From Daphnia carinata (Eukaryota), in assembly GCF_022539665.2 (NCBI RefSeq), contig NC_081333.1, forward strand, positions 7,378,001 through 7,442,000: a DNA stretch of 64,000 nt, in the 5' to 3' direction. The notes under the pieces are model-generated. The model was given only the letters and a program-made list of their open reading frames with translations. It ran no database searches and was not told the origin of the DNA. The position numbers and the translations under genes were made by a program. Shown in pieces: positions 61,198 through 64,000 of this stretch (position 1 is the first letter of the stretch; the number at the start of each line of letters is the position of its first letter).

Positions 61198-64000
61198 GTG
61201 TGCCACTGTGATTTAAAAAAAAAAGCCCAAACACTGCGTGAAAATCAACGGCCGCCGCACCAAAAGTAAACTAGCGACACTGTCCGACTCGGATGGCGAT
61301 TGTTAAAAACGGATCGTTGTCACTTGAAGTATTTAACAAAGTGTCTAAATCTCCTTTTTTTTGTGTGCGTAAACTGTCACGATATGTGGCGATGGACGTA
61401 GTCAAGGATCAAACGAGAGATTTGGACTGCGCACTGAGATGGACTAGGCTGGTATATCGTTGGTCGAAGAAGATGAAGACCAAGACGAAGACGAGAGGAG
61501 ACTCATCAACGTTGTCTATTCAACTGAGAAGTGGATATCCCCCTCCTTTCACGGAAAGTAAAGTCAAAGAAGGAGGAGCAGGACGAGAATAAAAAAGAGG
61601 ATTTTCCCTTTGGGTCGTCTGTCTGGGCAACGGGCCGCTTCATCACCGCCCACGCAGCAGCTGATCTCTGTACACTCGTAACACGGGGAGCAAAAGCTAT
61701 CGCTCCGCCTACTCTACTTTTCCCTCCTCCTCTTCTTTATTGACTCATTCCTTTCTGGCTCTGATTGCTTCATCCAATTGAATTCTGTTTAACTCTGATG
61801 ATGCGGTTTGTTGACGTGGAATGCCCGCTTTCGTCGCGTCCATCGTTTTTGGTTTCACCCAATCTTCTTCCTTTTTCTTTTTTGTTTCCTCAGCTACACG
61901 AAAAAAGCCAAACAGTCTTTTCGTTAATTCAATCATTAGCGCTTGATTATCACTCTAGTCAACGTCGGCTGCTGATAGAGTTGTATGCGTTTACCGCGCG
62001 TGTTCTTCTCCTTTAGATGTTCTTCACGCGAGCGATGATGTCATCTTCGATCATCGCACGGGAGCAGCACGAGTTGGCATCGTAAAATCCATTTGTTTCG
62101 ACAAATGTGTCAACTAATACGGTGGCTCTTTGCCGACATTTCAAATTGCATGAAGTTCCCCGATGACCTCCCCCCGCCGGCAGCCTTCCTGACCCGCACC
62201 TGGCATCCATGAACCTACAGGCCGAACGCAGTTAAGAAACCATTTAAGGTCGAAATGCTTATTACGTGATTGATGATAGAAATTCTACATTTTTCGTTTT
62301 CAGACAAAAATACTTCACGCTGCGCTTTACTGTTAAAATGGGAAACTACCGGAAATGCAATAGGACGATGTACGTGCATTTGTACTGACCCGCCTGCAAA
62401 CGCTTGTGGAAAAGGTAAAACTAGTTTGATTTACTTACACTTTCAGTGGCTTTTCTTGTCCGAGTTCTTTTTTTTTTAAATTTAACTAATTGAACATCCA
62501 TGAGTAATGGATCTTCCTTGGACTCCTGGTTTTGAGGTGGCATTCTAATTCATTTCGGTTAAATGCAAGGAATTTTATTTTTAGCTTTCTTTGATTGGAA
62601 GGAGGTATGAAACATTTTTTCCAATGCCATGATTGAACGCTCGCCGATTCCTTGTGCTTTTTTTTATTCGTGGAATAGTAAAATGCAAAGTTAAAGTCTT
62701 CGTAGCGTGACACACCGTGCCCTTAACGTTTTCGGTTTCACCGCTGGACGCCGACATTCGGGTGTGATAGCTAGGACCAGTATTTCTTTTCTAATGAAAT
62801 TTGGTTCATTTGATCTAACGTTGTATATGTTTCCCTGCTATCAAATCACTCGACATCTTATTAGATTCCTAAATCGGAAAAATCTCATTTAAGTTGGGAA
62901 ACTTCTTTTTGGCAAACCGCTCGTTTACTCTTCTCGAAAGCCGTGTAGATGGCTCTTCTAAGAAATGAAATTAAAACGTCACTTTCCTTTCTCACATCGT
63001 CAGCTTTGACGAGATTTTACTGTTGTAACTCGGGATGTTGTTGTTATGATTCTCATCTCTCTGTTTCAACCGGTCAAATGAAAGGAACTTCAAAGTTATG
63101 CCAATAAAAATAGCTTGCATCCCAACTGCTAAGGAAGACATCCTTCCAGTTTTCAAAGTCATGGTTTCCGCAGTCATGAATTTCAATTTCGCTGCGATCT
63201 TTCTCACTTCATACTCACGACGAGCATTCGACCGACTAAACGCAAACAGAAACACGGGGAAAGGTTAAAAAAAAAAAAATCACAAACCATTCGAAAAAAA
63301 CCAATTGACTTCAACTGTGGATTTTTATTAGAACTCGAGGGACCAATTTGCTACGATTTACGATTAGGAAAATAGTGAACTGGCCAGCTGCTGTCCTTTT
63401 TTTTTTTTTTATCTTTTATTTTCGTTGTTGTTTCCTTCATTTCTTTTTTTCCCCTTCCGTTTGAAATATAGTCTCTGAGCTGCTGGATGCGCTGCAAAAA
63501 CTTCGAGGAACGTATGTGTGTTCGTGTATGTGTAACGTGTGCAGATGAGGCGCGCTGTATATATAGAAGAAAGAAGAAGAAGTAAAAAAAAAAAAAAGGA
63601 GGGTTTGTTATGCTGTTGCTCCAGCCATCCAGCCTTCAAGCATCTCCGGGTGGCTTCGGCTACCTATAATTCCGTCAACACCCGCGCGTGCGCCGCTGAA
63701 ATTCAGTACCAAGTGACGAATGATGAGGACGGAATGCCGATCCGAGGGGCGCGGCTTCACTCATACCGACGCCCGGGCGGAGCCTATCGGACGAAACAAA
63801 GTCGGACCGTTCACTCGTCCGTGGTCATTCCAATCCTCACCGCTAGCCAATTCCGCCATCATTCGATTAACGGATTACTAATCCATCAAATGCCACGTTT
63901 TACTCCTCCCACGGCGCTCTTTTTTTATTTCGTTTGCTCGCAATCCTTATCGTGTAAACCACGATATTGGCAACGGCAATTGCCAACTTTTAGATTCATT

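Overview
Eukaryotic, intron-rich arthropod DNA. Short ~65-90 nt introns, long poly(A/T) runs and the gene content suggest Daphnia or a related crustacean (inference). Seven spliced genes were reconstructed by hand with GT-AG junctions and continuous reading frames: a NELL-like EGF/VWC protein (-), a Ly6/uPAR protein resembling crimpled (-), a Df31-like acidic nuclear protein (+), a QSER1/PRR12-like DUF4211 protein (+), XBP1 with a 23-nt IRE1-type intron (-), a GRK2/3-type kinase (+) and TBX1/org-1 (-). There are also one or two weak orphan gene candidates between XBP1 and GRK. The most interesting observations are: (1) the NELL last exon is open in two frames, and a candidate 62-nt cassette exon would switch the C-terminus to one with a hydrophobic, possibly membrane-binding segment; (2) the XBP1-GRK-TBX1 neighbourhood matches human paralogon linkage; (3) XBP1 has a stress-type promoter, a uORF and an atypical spliced C-terminus; (4) CTCF-like motifs and a CpG shift separate the housekeeping cluster from the developmental genes. 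Family assignments come from remembered motifs; no database search was run.
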